From Spirochaetota bacterium (GTDB lineage Bacteria; Spirochaetota; UBA6919; CBDBPB01), in assembly GCA_965208615.1 (NCBI GenBank), contig CBDBPB010000003.1, positions 64,001 through 128,000 on the forward strand: a stretch of DNA of 64,000 nt, given 5' to 3'. Shown here piece by piece: positions 31,328-42,233 of this stretch. Position 1 is the first letter of the stretch. Each line of letters opens with the position of its first letter. The notes below the pieces were generated by a model, which saw nothing but the letters and a program-made list of their open reading frames with translations, had not been told where the DNA came from and did not search any database. Both the position numbers and the translations under genes were made by a program.

Positions 31328-32115
31328 CCTATATAGTAGTCAGAATTTTGTTCTTCACACGGGGTTATCTCTCTAAACACGATAACTACCCCTGTAATAT
31401 TACCTTTGGAGTCTTTCATCTGAGCCGCACTTTTTTCAATATCGCGTTTGATACCATATTTTGTAAGTAACTTACTTTTAAAAACTATTCCAGCAACCAG
31501 CCCCTCTCCTATTATCACTTTTTTAGGTGTAGCATCCTTAAAATCTTTTACTTCATCAACTCCTTTAAATATCTCTTTAACCTGTTTACCTCTAACGTCT
31601 TTCTCATTCCAATCGGTTAAGTGTGCGGCAACAGGATTCATAAAAATAATCTGACCTTTTATATCAGTAACAATAACTCCATCGCTTATGGCAGAAAGTA
31701 CTGTTGAAAACCATAGTTCTCGTTCTTTTAGTTTTAAGTCCATTTTGTGGTTATACAGTGCTAGTTCAATAGTGGCATATAATTCTCTATCTTTAAATGG
31801 TTTAATAATATATCCAAATGGCTCAGTAATCTTAGCTCGTTCTAATATTTCATCATCTAAGTAAGCGGTAAGATAAACAACTGGTATATTAAATCCATTT
31901 TTAACTTTATCAGCCAGTTCAATACCATCTATATCTCCTTGTAGTACAATATCCATAAGAACTAGCTGAGGCCTAGATTTCTCTATTTTTGCTATGGCAT
32001 TCTCACCAGATGATACAATACCAATAACGGTATAACCCATTCTCTGCAGGCTAATTTGAATGGCATTAGCAATAATCCACTCGTCCTCTACAACCAATAT
32101 CTTTGCATCAGTCAT
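31324..32115 (-). CDS. Response regulator (REC + PAS, no output domain)
   Basis: ILVVEDE, LVLMDI, VYLTAY, PFGYIIKPF, then a PAS domain (DGVIVTD...FMNPVA...VIVFRE). Confidence 0.9.
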   Translation of the reverse strand: MTDAKILVVEDEWIIANAIQISLQRMGYTVIGIVSSGENAIAKIEKSRPQLVLMDIVLQGDIDGIELADKVKNGFNIPVVYLTAYLDDEILERAKITEPFGYIIKPFKDRELYATIELALYNHKMDLKLKERELWFSTVLSAISDGVIVTDIKGQIIFMNPVAAHLTDWNEKDVRGKQVKEIFKGVDEVKDFKDATPKKVIIGEGLVAGIVFKSKLLTKYGIKRDIEKSAAQMKDSKGNITGVVIVFREITPCEEQNSDYYIG

Positions 32116-32118
32116 ATT

Positions 32119-35100
32119 TTATATCCTCTTCATATACTTGGACTTCTTAAAGCAAATAATAAATTCAGTTCCCTTATCTCTTTTACATGTAATACTACCA
32201 TGGAGTTGCTTTTCAACGAGGTTAGTAACAAGTTTTAATCCTAGAGAATTACTATTTCTAAAATCTAAATCTTTAGGCAGTCCCACACCGTTATCATTAA
32301 CGATAAGTTGAACCTCATCTTCGGATAATAAATGAAAGTCGACTAAAACATTTCCCTTTAGGTCATTAGGGAATGCATGCTTCATAGCATTAGATATTAA
32401 CTCACTAATTATAAGTCCACTGGGAATAGCAATATCAATTTCTAAATATATATGTTCCACATTAATATCCAAAGCCACCTTACCAGGGCTAATATCATAA
32501 AAACCAAACATCTCATTTCCAAGGTCTTTAATGTAGTCATGAAAGTCTATATTAGCTAAATCCTTAGACTGATAAAGCTTTTCATGGACTAAAGACATAG
32601 CCTCAATACGGTTTTCACTATCTTTAAACATATCCACATGCTCTTTATCCTTAATATAGTCTGATTGGAACTTTAAAAGGCTAATAATAATTTGAAGATT
32701 ATTTTTTACTCTATGATGAATTTCTCTCATAAGAAGTTCTTTTTCTTTTAGTGATGCTTTTATTTTATCCTCATTATTTTTTCTTTCGGTAATATCAGTA
32801 AAAGAGGTAACCACTGCATATGGATTTTTTGATTTACCCTTAAAAAGAGGTTTAGAATTAACAGATATCCATTTTAATACCTTATCGGGCCTATTAATGC
32901 CCATAACTACATTAAATTTAGCCTTACCTGTTTTCAAACAAGTTATACTGGGATGCTCTTCTTTTTTAAGACTTTCTCCATCTTCTTTAATAATGTTTAG
33001 TTTGTTATGGAAAAACTCATCCATTTTATCATAGCTAAGACCTAATATCTTTTCAGAACTTTTATTACATGTTTGTATAGCTCCACTAGCCTTCTGGAAA
33101 ATAATGCCCTCAGACATAGAAGTTATAATTGTATGATAACGATTTTCACTTTCTAGCAAGGCCTCTTCAGCTTTTACTCGTTGTTTTTCACTTTTATAGG
33201 CTTCAATGATATTTGAACACATAATTATGTATGGTTGTATAAAGTTTATAGTTTGTTTATCATAGCCATCTTTTTTATTCGCTAGAACACAAACACCCAA
33301 TACTTTTTCTCCGCGTAAAATAGGCAGTAAAATAAAAGAGGTAATCTTAGGATGTCCTTGTGGGAAGGCATTATTTATATCTTTTTCCAGCGGATTATTA
33401 TAAATTAGAGGATTAGTGGTTAATACAACGTTACCAAAAAGGTTATCCAAGTTATGGAACTCAAATTCATCAGTAATGGCTTTTTGATTAAGTTTTTCAG
33501 TTTTTCTATTCCTAATGCTGTTTGTAATAGCAATACTTTTTAAAAAAGGTTTGTTATTTTCTGTATAAAGGAGTTCTACAATAAAACCGTAAAAACTTTT
33601 TGTTAGGGATATAAGGTTAGTTAACAAATCATTAAAGAGTTCCCACGGATTAGAGCTAGTAATAAATTGTGCCTGAGTTCTATTGATTACATCTAATAAG
33701 GCATGACTATTCTCTAATTCTTCAGTCATGCGTTTACTAATGGTAATATCCCTTGCTACAGCATAAATAAGCCCTTCTTCTGTATAGGGAGCCGCAGTAA
33801 ATGCTAACCACTTGTATGAGCCGTCCTTACAAATAAATCTGGCTTCTAAATATCTTACTGGTTCTCCATTAGATAACTTTCTTAATGAAAAAGTCATTGT
33901 AGTAATATCCCCTGTATGTATGAAATCGGTTAGGGGACTGGACATTAGCTCTGATTCTGACATACCAACTATTTTTTCAAATGCGGGATTTATACGTTTT
34001 ATATAGCTATCTATGCCTATAATACAGAGCATATCCAATGAGAGATTAAAAAACCTATCTCTTTCTTCTTCGGCCTGTTTACGTTTGGTAATATCGTGTA
34101 GGGATACAATATAGGCTGGTTTATTTTCCCAAAAGGTTTCTACTGATTTGGCGTCCACCACAGATAAGGATGTATCTTTTTTTATAACGTTTAGTTCGAG
34201 TCCGCCGAAATAAGACGGGATACCAACAGATTTTCCTATCATTTTATTTGGTTGTTGCTGGAATATGTTTTCGGTAGCTGGATTAGCAAATAATATTCTT
34301 CCTTCTTTGTTCAGGACTAATATACCATCTGTAGTGGTATTAAGTATTACTCTATATTTTTCTTCACTTCTTTTAAGGGCAACAGCGGCTTCTTCACGTT
34401 CGGTAACATCCCTAAAACTGCTTCTATAGCCTAACCACTTATTATTACTATCATAGATAGACTGGTATGAAGCGGCTAACCATCTTATGCTGTTATTTTT
34501 ACGTCTTATTCTAAAGACCATTTCGCTTGCGGATGCACCATTTAATGCCTCAGTAAATGCCCTATTCATTTTAGGCTGATCCTCATGATAGATAATAGAG
34601 ATAGGAAAGTCTTTCATATTTTTGCATTCTACTGTATTATAGCCGGTAATGCGTTCTACTGCTTTATTTATCCAGACTAGTCTACCATTAGGATAAACCC
34701 ATATTTCCATATCATAGGTATAGTCAGCTATAGCTCTAAATCGTTTTTCACTTTCTCTCAATGCATTTTCTGATCGTTTACGTTCTCTTATTTCGATTTT
34801 GAGCTGATCAACGGTTTTTATAAGGCCTATAGTTCTATCTTTAACAAGATCTTCTAGTTTATTTTGATATTCTGTAAACTTTTTTTCAATATCTTTTCTT
34901 TCCAGCACTTCTTGGGTTAGTTTTTTGTTTGAATCAACTAATTCTGTGGTACGTTCTTTAATTCGCTCTTCTAGTTCATCACGCACTTTTTTTAACGCCT
35001 CAGATGCTTCTCTACTGCTGGTTACATCCAACATATACCCTTCATAGTTAACAACTTCACCACTATTATTACGATTTACTATTATAAAGCTATATATCCA

Positions 35101-35622
35101 TCTAGTAGTTTTATTTGGTAAAACTATTCTATAATCCTGTTCAAAAGTGTTTTCCGACCTACTATAGTTTATCATACCAGAGGTAATTTTTTTAAAGTCG
35201 TTGGGACATATAATATCCGAATATTTTATTTTATTACTAATTAGCTCTTCTGCCTTATAACCGAACTGATCAATATTTGCCGATATATATTCTATTAGCC
35301 AATTATCTTTATTATTATAGAGCTTAAATCTTATTACTGGTCCTTCTATAAAGAGTTTTTCGTTTATCATATTCTTTTTATCAGCTATAGAAGGTTGTTT
35401 AGGGCTAAGGCGGTCTATTTTTAATAACATTTTTTTAATAAAAAGGGATATGCCAATAGAAATCGTTAAAACTGATAATCTTAAGCATAGCTCTATAACA
35501 GCGGGATATATAATTTCATTTAGGAGGGGTTTACCACTAATAGAATAGCTTATTAACGAATCAATGATCCAATAAGCTAATCCGAGTATAATCCCAGCAA
35601 TGGGGATAATAATATTTTTCAT
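32119..35622 (-). CDS. Multi-PAS/GAF sensor histidine kinase (HisKA_2/HWE-like)
   Basis: Two N-terminal TM helices, about five PAS domains, a GAF domain (PQGHP), EIHHRVKNNLQII H-box, ELISNAMKHAF and DNGVG. Confidence 0.93.
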   Translation of the reverse strand: MKNIIIPIAGIILGLAYWIIDSLISYSISGKPLLNEIIYPAVIELCLRLSVLTISIGISLFIKKMLLKIDRLSPKQPSIADKKNMINEKLFIEGPVIRFKLYNNKDNWLIEYISANIDQFGYKAEELISNKIKYSDIICPNDFKKITSGMINYSRSENTFEQDYRIVLPNKTTRWIYSFIIVNRNNSGEVVNYEGYMLDVTSSREASEALKKVRDELEERIKERTTELVDSNKKLTQEVLERKDIEKKFTEYQNKLEDLVKDRTIGLIKTVDQLKIEIRERKRSENALRESEKRFRAIADYTYDMEIWVYPNGRLVWINKAVERITGYNTVECKNMKDFPISIIYHEDQPKMNRAFTEALNGASASEMVFRIRRKNNSIRWLAASYQSIYDSNNKWLGYRSSFRDVTEREEAAVALKRSEEKYRVILNTTTDGILVLNKEGRILFANPATENIFQQQPNKMIGKSVGIPSYFGGLELNVIKKDTSLSVVDAKSVETFWENKPAYIVSLHDITKRKQAEEERDRFFNLSLDMLCIIGIDSYIKRINPAFEKIVGMSESELMSSPLTDFIHTGDITTMTFSLRKLSNGEPVRYLEARFICKDGSYKWLAFTAAPYTEEGLIYAVARDITISKRMTEELENSHALLDVINRTQAQFITSSNPWELFNDLLTNLISLTKSFYGFIVELLYTENNKPFLKSIAITNSIRNRKTEKLNQKAITDEFEFHNLDNLFGNVVLTTNPLIYNNPLEKDINNAFPQGHPKITSFILLPILRGEKVLGVCVLANKKDGYDKQTINFIQPYIIMCSNIIEAYKSEKQRVKAEEALLESENRYHTIITSMSEGIIFQKASGAIQTCNKSSEKILGLSYDKMDEFFHNKLNIIKEDGESLKKEEHPSITCLKTGKAKFNVVMGINRPDKVLKWISVNSKPLFKGKSKNPYAVVTSFTDITERKNNEDKIKASLKEKELLMREIHHRVKNNLQIIISLLKFQSDYIKDKEHVDMFKDSENRIEAMSLVHEKLYQSKDLANIDFHDYIKDLGNEMFGFYDISPGKVALDINVEHIYLEIDIAIPSGLIISELISNAMKHAFPNDLKGNVLVDFHLLSEDEVQLIVNDNGVGLPKDLDFRNSNSLGLKLVTNLVEKQLHGSITCKRDKGTEFIICFKKSKYMKRI

Positions 35623-35899
35623 TTTAATGCTAATCCCATTTGCAAAGGTACTATTTTTAGTATATAATAAAGTTGCTATAAAAAACCAACTAAAATACTA
35701 TAGATATAGTAGTAAAGTCGTAAAAAGGGTGGGATTATAAAGCTGTTCCCAAAAGGGATATACGCATATATTGTTAGTTGGATATAAGGTGTTTTTATTT
35801 ATTTTGTATAGTGGGCAAAATACCCACTAAGAACATTTAATAACAAGTATCCGGATATTTTTAGCGTTATCATAAATATTCTAAGCAAAATGACAACTT

Positions 35900-38221
35900 T
35901 TAGCATTTTGTTACTTTATTTATATTCTCAATAGCATCCTTTAAATCGGTAAATGTTTTTTTATCCGTAACCTTAATATGATTTATCAACCAGCTTTCTA
36001 AGAAAATAAGAACCTCAATCGATAAGTTCACCTCGCCTTTACTAAAATATTCCTTAAACTCCAGCACTTTCTTAGTAAACTCATCATGTTGTTTTTTGTG
36101 TTCATCGTAACCAGAATAATCAAGCTTTTTAATTAATTTTTCTTCATATGAAAAATGAATAACTGTATAATCAAATAGCTCGTTTAATATCTTCTCCATA
36201 ACTCCAAAACCTTTACCAACAACCATATTACTATAAAGCTCATTTATTAGATTTATAAGTCTTATATGCTGGCTATCAACGGACTGTACATCGGTTACTA
36301 AATCGCTATTCCATTTAACTAAGCTATCTACTTTTTTATCTTTAAGTTCTTCTTTTTCATAGAAATCTATTTTCTTTTTATCCTTAGGTACAACTTTTGA
36401 AGTCTTTTCCTCTTCTTTAACTTTAAAACTTGATATTTCATTATTTAGCATACTAATATTAGTACTATTTATAGAACCAAGTTTTGCAAGGCTTAAAACA
36501 GAGCCTTTCATATCATTACTAGTTTTTGTAATCTTCTCTACCGTTGATAATCCTTTAAAGGATGCATTAGTTATCCTTTTCAAAGCATCACTACTTTCCG
36601 AAATAGAAATCTTCATTTCTATGGTATCAAATTTTACCTCTTCTGTAATGGATTGTAAATCAGAAACAATAGCCAATATACTACTAGTCTCATTACTAAG
36701 GTTGTCCATATTGGTGGATACTACATCAAAAGCCTGTGAAACCTCATTAACTTCGTTATTAACCTCTAAAAAAGCATCCCTACTTTCATGGCTTAGCTTT
36801 GTAACAAGCTTAATTTTCTCTACACTAGAATTTAATGTTTCACTTATACTCTTAACATTGGTTGCAGTAGATGTTGCTAGTTTCCTTATCTCATCAGCTA
36901 CAACGGCAAATCCTTTACCTGAATCTCCAGCATGAGCCGCTTCTATAGCTGCATTCATAGCAAGAAGATTAGTTTTAGTGGCAATGTCATTAATAATTTT
37001 AATCATTTCGAGCATATCTTCAGAGTTTTTTGATATATCCAAAATAAGATTATTGGTTTCTTTAATTTTCTCTCCACCAATATAAGTTCTCTCAATCAGC
37101 TGGCTTGTTGCTTCACGCTTCTCTTTTGAGATCTTTGCAACATCCTCAATAAATTTAACCAGTTGAGTTATTGAGTTAGAAGACTGCTTTACAACTTTAC
37201 CTTGCTTAATAATCTCTTTTGGTAAATGTTTAAAGCTTTCAAAGTTTTTATCCGTAACCTCAGACAGCTTACTAATATTTTCTGCCAATGACTTAAAAAG
37301 ATTATTTACAAAAACAATACTATTACTAATCTCTATTAAAGAAGCTGATGTTTTCTCACTATTCTCGGATAATAACTCTCCAATTTTTTGTCCCTCTATT
37401 AATACATGTTTAATCCTTACTATAATAGCTGTTAGTTTATCCATAAAAAGATCAAAGTAATTAGAAAGTAAGCCAATTTCGTCTTTATAAGGATAGTCAA
37501 TCTTATTAGTTAGATCTCCTTCTCCTTCCGAGATGTTCTTTAATATTTTAGTAGTTTTTCTAATTGGATTAACAACATAATAAACAATAATAAAAAGACT
37601 ATAAGCCGTTACAAATAGTATTAGGATTATAAAAGAGACCAAAACTCGCCTATTAATTAGGTTTACAACACCTGTAAAATCACTAGAGGATTGTTGATTC
37701 ATATCATTATAGACCTTTCTTAGGCTTTCGAAAACCTTGATAGGCTCTTGATCTTCCAAAGTAAGCTGATCAAGTATTTCCTTAGAGGTTTTTTGATTGT
37801 AGATTAAGGTTTTCGTTAATTCTATTTTATCCCTATAATAAAGTACGATTTTCTTTATTTTATTTAGTATATCTAATTCCTTTTTAGTTATACTATTATG
37901 GCTCGAATACTGTTTTAAATCTTTTGTAAAGTTAGTTACCTCTACCTCAAAGCGCTTTTTATGTTTATTATCCTTTGTCAGAATGTAGTTATAAAAGTGG
38001 TATATAAAACTATCATAAAAAAAATAGCTTTTGAGTTGACTAAAACTACTTTTTCTTACTTCAACTTCTCTTTGCTTCTCCCAGATAGAAACAGCTTGAT
38101 TTAATCTATCATAAAGCAAAAACCACATTCCAATAAGAATACCTGCATTAAAAATAGTCAGCAATATAACCTTTTTATATATCTTTATATTTTTAAACCA
38201 ATTAAACATATACTTCCTCAC
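35900..38221 (-). CDS. Methyl-accepting chemotaxis protein with C-terminal hemerythrin domain
   Basis: TM-periplasmic-TM-HAMP, [31 protein letters not shown] and hemerythrin ligands DSQH, HFSYEE, HKKQH, NHIKVTD. Confidence 0.93.
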   Translation of the reverse strand: MRKYMFNWFKNIKIYKKVILLTIFNAGILIGMWFLLYDRLNQAVSIWEKQREVEVRKSSFSQLKSYFFYDSFIYHFYNYILTKDNKHKKRFEVEVTNFTKDLKQYSSHNSITKKELDILNKIKKIVLYYRDKIELTKTLIYNQKTSKEILDQLTLEDQEPIKVFESLRKVYNDMNQQSSSDFTGVVNLINRRVLVSFIILILFVTAYSLFIIVYYVVNPIRKTTKILKNISEGEGDLTNKIDYPYKDEIGLLSNYFDLFMDKLTAIIVRIKHVLIEGQKIGELLSENSEKTSASLIEISNSIVFVNNLFKSLAENISKLSEVTDKNFESFKHLPKEIIKQGKVVKQSSNSITQLVKFIEDVAKISKEKREATSQLIERTYIGGEKIKETNNLILDISKNSEDMLEMIKIINDIATKTNLLAMNAAIEAAHAGDSGKGFAVVADEIRKLATSTATNVKSISETLNSSVEKIKLVTKLSHESRDAFLEVNNEVNEVSQAFDVVSTNMDNLSNETSSILAIVSDLQSITEEVKFDTIEMKISISESSDALKRITNASFKGLSTVEKITKTSNDMKGSVLSLAKLGSINSTNISMLNNEISSFKVKEEEKTSKVVPKDKKKIDFYEKEELKDKKVDSLVKWNSDLVTDVQSVDSQHIRLINLINELYSNMVVGKGFGVMEKILNELFDYTVIHFSYEEKLIKKLDYSGYDEHKKQHDEFTKKVLEFKEYFSKGEVNLSIEVLIFLESWLINHIKVTDKKTFTDLKDAIENINKVTKC

Positions 38222-38351
38222 AAAAACTTGCTATGATAATAGTATTATTTTGAAGATAAAAAGTCAAAATTAATTACGTAATAACCTTATATTATTTTTT
38301 TTAATAAAATGTTATAAATATGACTTATTTTAGAAAAAATTAAAAAACTAC

Positions 38352-38380
38352 TTGACAAAACTATAAAATTAGAATAAGTT
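38352..38380 (+). promoter_or_regulatory. Putative promoter upstream of ccoN
   Basis: TTGACA-N17-TAAGTT. The same pattern recurs at 44758-44786. Confidence 0.4.
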
Positions 38381-38796
38381 AAATCCTAAATAAGATTTAT
38401 ACACCCTTAAAAAGAGTATGTACTATAGTAATAAATATACACTTTATTGGGGTTTATATTTGCCAAACTGATTTTTAATAACTTTATAAAAGCCTCTATA
38501 ATAATTTGTTAATCTAAGAGAGTCAAGATTATTATTTTTTATTTAACGATAGTATTACATATATAGATAAAAATAGAATCTGACTGAGATTACCCAGCTT
38601 TGAATAATCTAGTAGATCTATTTTTGTATTACTAATATGCTATACTTAGAAGCAATAAGTTTTTCTTTGCCTTTTATGGAGTAAGGTTTATACAAAAATA
38701 TGCTTAAAAAATTAAATTCATATAATTTCTAATATTTATTAATTCAGAAAATACCCTCGTTGAGGGTAAAGGAAAACTTTTTGATGGAGTAACGTA

Positions 38797-40170
38797 ATGA
38801 ATGACACAACTTATGATAATTCGGTTGTGAAGTGGTTTGCTTTTTCGGCAATATTCTGGTTAATTATAGGACTTTTAGTTGGTCTTGTAATTGCTTTGCA
38901 AATGGTTATACCAGACCTAAATCTTGCACCTTGGCTCTCTTATGGTAGACTAAGACCTGTTCATACCAATGGGTTAGCCTTTGGATTCGGGCTTGCAGGA
39001 ATATTTTCTTGTAGCTACTATATTTTGCAAAGGTTAACAAAAACACGACTTGTTTTTCCGACATTAGCTAAAATACATCTTTGGCTTTTTAATGGGGCAA
39101 TAGCTGCAGCTGCTCTAAGCCTATTTTTAGGCTATAACTCTTCTAAAGAGTATGCTGAGCTTGAATGGCCATTAGATGTTGGTGTAGTAATTATTTGGGT
39201 GATATTTGCTGTTAATGTATTTGCTACATTAATTAAAAGAAAAGTTAAGCTGATGTATGTAAGTCTATGGTATTTAATAGCTATGACCGTTGCTGTTGCT
39301 GTTTTATACATTATTAATAACTTGGCAGTTCCAGTAACCTTATTTAAATCATATTCACTATTTGCTGGTGCCAATGATGCAAATGTAGAATGGTGGTATG
39401 GTCATAATGCTGTTGGGTTTGTTTTTACTGTACCAATCCTTATGATGTTCTATTATTTTCTTCCTAAGTCTACGAACTTACCAATTTATAGTCATAGACT
39501 TTCGATGATTGCTTTTTGGTCATTAGTTTTTGCTTATTTATGGTCAGGTGCACACCATCTTATGTTAACCCCACTACCTGAGTGGATTCAAACTATGGCT
39601 ATGGCATTTACAATATTCTTAATAGCTCCGTCATGGGGTTCTGTAGTTAATGGTTATTACACTATGGGCGGTAACTGGGATATGATGAGAAGTAACTATT
39701 TAGTTAAGTTTTTTGTATTGGGTATTACCTTTTATGGTCTTCAGACTATTCAAGGCCCAACTCAAGGACTTAGAACCTTAACTCAGTTTTTTCATTATAC
39801 AGAATATATACCAGGACACGTTCACATGGGTACCATGGGTTGGGTAACCATGGTTATATCTGCCTCTCTTTATTATATTATTCCAAAGATATATAACAGA
39901 GAGATTTATAGTATAAAGCTTGCTGATACTCACTTTTGGCTAATTCTAATTGGACAACTTCTTTATACCGTTTCTTTATGGGTTGGAGGTATTGTTCAAG
40001 GTATAGAATGGCAGAATGCTACTAACATACAAGCTTTTATTTTATCAGTTGGAGAAATGTATCCATACTGGTATGTCCGTGTTATAGGTGGAGTTGCCTA
40101 TTTCTTGGGAGTGCTTGTCTTTGCTTATAACCTAATAAAGACAGCTAAAAGTGAACCTAAAACTGCATAA
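38797..40170 (+). CDS. ccoN: cbb3-type cytochrome c oxidase subunit I
   Basis: GRLRPVHTN, KEYAELEWP, WWYGHNAVGF, GAHHL and GHVHMG. Confidence 0.97.
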   Translation: MNDTTYDNSVVKWFAFSAIFWLIIGLLVGLVIALQMVIPDLNLAPWLSYGRLRPVHTNGLAFGFGLAGIFSCSYYILQRLTKTRLVFPTLAKIHLWLFNGAIAAAALSLFLGYNSSKEYAELEWPLDVGVVIIWVIFAVNVFATLIKRKVKLMYVSLWYLIAMTVAVAVLYIINNLAVPVTLFKSYSLFAGANDANVEWWYGHNAVGFVFTVPILMMFYYFLPKSTNLPIYSHRLSMIAFWSLVFAYLWSGAHHLMLTPLPEWIQTMAMAFTIFLIAPSWGSVVNGYYTMGGNWDMMRSNYLVKFFVLGITFYGLQTIQGPTQGLRTLTQFFHYTEYIPGHVHMGTMGWVTMVISASLYYIIPKIYNREIYSIKLADTHFWLILIGQLLYTVSLWVGGIVQGIEWQNATNIQAFILSVGEMYPYWYVRVIGGVAYFLGVLVFAYNLIKTAKSEPKTA

Positions 40171-40184
40171 TTTTTGAGGAGGAA

Positions 40185-40949
40185 ATGATGAATGCAATAT
40201 ATTCTAAGCCAATTGTTTTTGCTATAGTAGCAGCAGTTGTAATTTTGATTGGTACCATAGCTAGTACCCTTGCTCCAATGCTTTTTCCATCTACTCAACC
40301 GGCAGGGCATGTTGGTAAGGCTATATATGTTCGTCCATATAGTCCTGTGGAACTAGAGGGTCGTGATATTTATATTAGAGAAGGGTGTAATAATTGCCAT
40401 ACCCAAACAGTTCGTCCATTAAGACACGAGGTTATTTTGTATGACCCTATTTATAAGCAATATACTGACCCAAGAGAGTCTGCTTATGATAGACCATTTT
40501 TGTGGGGATCAAAACGTACTGGTCCTGATCTTATGAGTGTTGGACGACGTAAACCTGCTGCTGGATGGCATTATAGACACATGGATGATCCAAGATCTAT
40601 TGATCCTAAAGATGTTTATAAAAACTCCAATATGCCTGCTTATGGCTGGTTAGCTGGTAATGAGCTTGATATTAGTAATACTTATGCAAAAATTAGTACC
40701 CTTAGCTATGGCTGTACTGATGAGCAGATTCTTGCTAATAAGGCTTGCACAAAAGAAGAAGTTCAAAAAAAGATTGCTGACTTTACTAAAGAAGTTACTT
40801 CTGATAACTACGTTGCTAAAAAAGATCGGGATAAAGTTACTCCAGAAGCTAATCGTGCTAAGTTAACTGAAATGGATGCCATAGTCGCTTACCTATTAAA
40901 ACTAGGAAGGGATATGGGTGAAGTTTATAAAAAACAACAGAGTAAATAA
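40185..40949 (+). CDS. ccoO: cbb3-type cytochrome c oxidase subunit II
   Basis: GRDIYIREGCNNCHTQ, WGSKRTGPDL and SNMPAY. Confidence 0.96.
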   Translation: MMNAIYSKPIVFAIVAAVVILIGTIASTLAPMLFPSTQPAGHVGKAIYVRPYSPVELEGRDIYIREGCNNCHTQTVRPLRHEVILYDPIYKQYTDPRESAYDRPFLWGSKRTGPDLMSVGRRKPAAGWHYRHMDDPRSIDPKDVYKNSNMPAYGWLAGNELDISNTYAKISTLSYGCTDEQILANKACTKEEVQKKIADFTKEVTSDNYVAKKDRDKVTPEANRAKLTEMDAIVAYLLKLGRDMGEVYKKQQSK

Positions 40950-40955
40950 ATAAGA

Positions 40956-40987
40956 TAAAAGCTATAGACTTTAGTCTATAGCTTTTA
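40956..40987. terminator. Perfect inverted repeat between ccoO and ccoQ (terminator or RNA stability hairpin)
   Basis: TAAAAGCTATAGACT-TT-AGTCTATAGCTTTTA, with 15-bp arms. Confidence 0.5.
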
Positions 40988-41006
40988 AAGCTTATTGAGG
41001 TGATCG

Positions 41007-41147
41007 ATGAGTATAGAAAAATATATAGCATTTGGTTTTTTGGTTTTATTGGTTATTGTACTTGCTCTTATAATTGGCTATTATTTTGGGTCAAAAAGAA
41101 AGAAAAAAGTAGAAGACCCTAAATACCGAATGCTCGATGATGACTAA
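41007..41147 (+). CDS. ccoQ: cbb3-type oxidase small subunit (46 aa, missed by ORF track)
   Basis: GAGGTG RBS; MSIEKYIAFGFLVLLVIVLALIIGYYFGSKRKKKVEDPKYRMLDDD*. One TM helix and a CcoQ-like tail, located between ccoO and ccoP. Confidence 0.85.
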   Translation: MSIEKYIAFGFLVLLVIVLALIIGYYFGSKRKKKVEDPKYRMLDDD

Positions 41148-41165
41148 AAACTTAGGAGGATTAAA

Positions 41166-41654
41166 ATGTCTGAAGAACAAGACTTTGATGGTATTAAAGA
41201 AAATAATAATAAATTGCCTACTGGGTGGTTAATTTTTTATATAGCTGCAATTGTTTTTGTGATTGTATATATTCTTATGTATACTGAAGAGCTTAGTGGG
41301 TATTCTTGGAATAACGACCACAAAAAAGAAATGAAAGCTGAAAAAGCTAAGCAAGTTGAACAAGATAAAAGTACTGCTACTGCTGCACCAAAGACAGATA
41401 CTGGTGATGCTAACGCTATTGCTGAGGGAGATAAAATCTATAAGTCTACATGTATGGCTTGTCATATGGCCGATTTAAAAAGTGGACTTTCTAATCTTCT
41501 TACCCCTAAGCTTAAATATGGCAATTCTGTTGAAGAGATTACTAAAACCGTTATGAATGGTACTGATAATGGAATGCCTCCTCATAGCTTTTTAGGCAAA
41601 GAAAAGATTGCTAATGTAGTTGCTTTTATCATGTCTAAGAGAGAACAAAAATAG
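41166..41654 (+). CDS. ccoP: cbb3-type oxidase subunit III, short mono-heme form
   Basis: FDGIKENNNKLPTGW N-terminal motif, TM helix, a single CMACH and a GMPP axial Met. Confidence 0.88.
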   Translation: MSEEQDFDGIKENNNKLPTGWLIFYIAAIVFVIVYILMYTEELSGYSWNNDHKKEMKAEKAKQVEQDKSTATAAPKTDTGDANAIAEGDKIYKSTCMACHMADLKSGLSNLLTPKLKYGNSVEEITKTVMNGTDNGMPPHSFLGKEKIANVVAFIMSKREQK

Positions 41655-41706
41655 TCTTTAGTTATAAAGGATAAGGCAAAGGTGAAAGTTAACTTCACTT
41701 TTGCCA

Positions 41707-41755
41707 TTAGCATTTATCTACCTGTTATTACTTATATTAAGTAGATAAATGCTAA
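41707..41755. repeat. 15-bp perfect inverted repeat downstream of ccoP
   Basis: TTAGCATTTATCTAC-N19-GTAGATAAATGCTAA, preceded by another hairpin (GGCAAAGGTGAA...TTCACTTTTGCC, about 41675-41705). Confidence 0.6.
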
Positions 41756-41864
41756 GTATACCTATAGTTTTTAATTGTGTTATCCTATTTATAAGGGTTT
41801 AATGATAAAAATATATTGGCGTATACTAAACTTAATAAATTTTAATAAATTAAAGGATACTTAA

Positions 41865-42233
41865 ATGTATAATCGAATTAACAAAAATAAAAAGCTACTT
41901 TGGATAGGTATGGTTATAGTTAGTTTTACTATTATGTCCATATCGATTGAAAACCTTGTTTTAGCTAATAAGTATGTTGGTAATGCTAAGGCTATAGCAA
42001 AAGGAAAAAAAGTGTATATGGCTAGTTGTGCTATGTGTCATATGGCTGATTTAAAAAGTGGACTTTCTAATCTTCTTGCTCCCAAGCTTAAATATGGCAA
42101 CTCGGCTAAAAGTATTATGAAAGTTATTAAAAATGGTACTAATATGGGAATGCCTCCACAAAGCTTTTTAGGAAAAAAGAAGATTTCGCAGGTAACCGCT
42201 TATATTATATCCGTTAGAAAAAAGAAAAAGTAA
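41865..42233 (+). CDS. Exported mono-heme cytochrome c, paralog of the CcoP heme domain
   Basis: Signal peptide, CAMCH and GMPP. The heme region is nearly identical to ccoP. Confidence 0.9.
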   Translation: MYNRINKNKKLLWIGMVIVSFTIMSISIENLVLANKYVGNAKAIAKGKKVYMASCAMCHMADLKSGLSNLLAPKLKYGNSAKSIMKVIKNGTNMGMPPQSFLGKKKISQVTAYIISVRKKKK

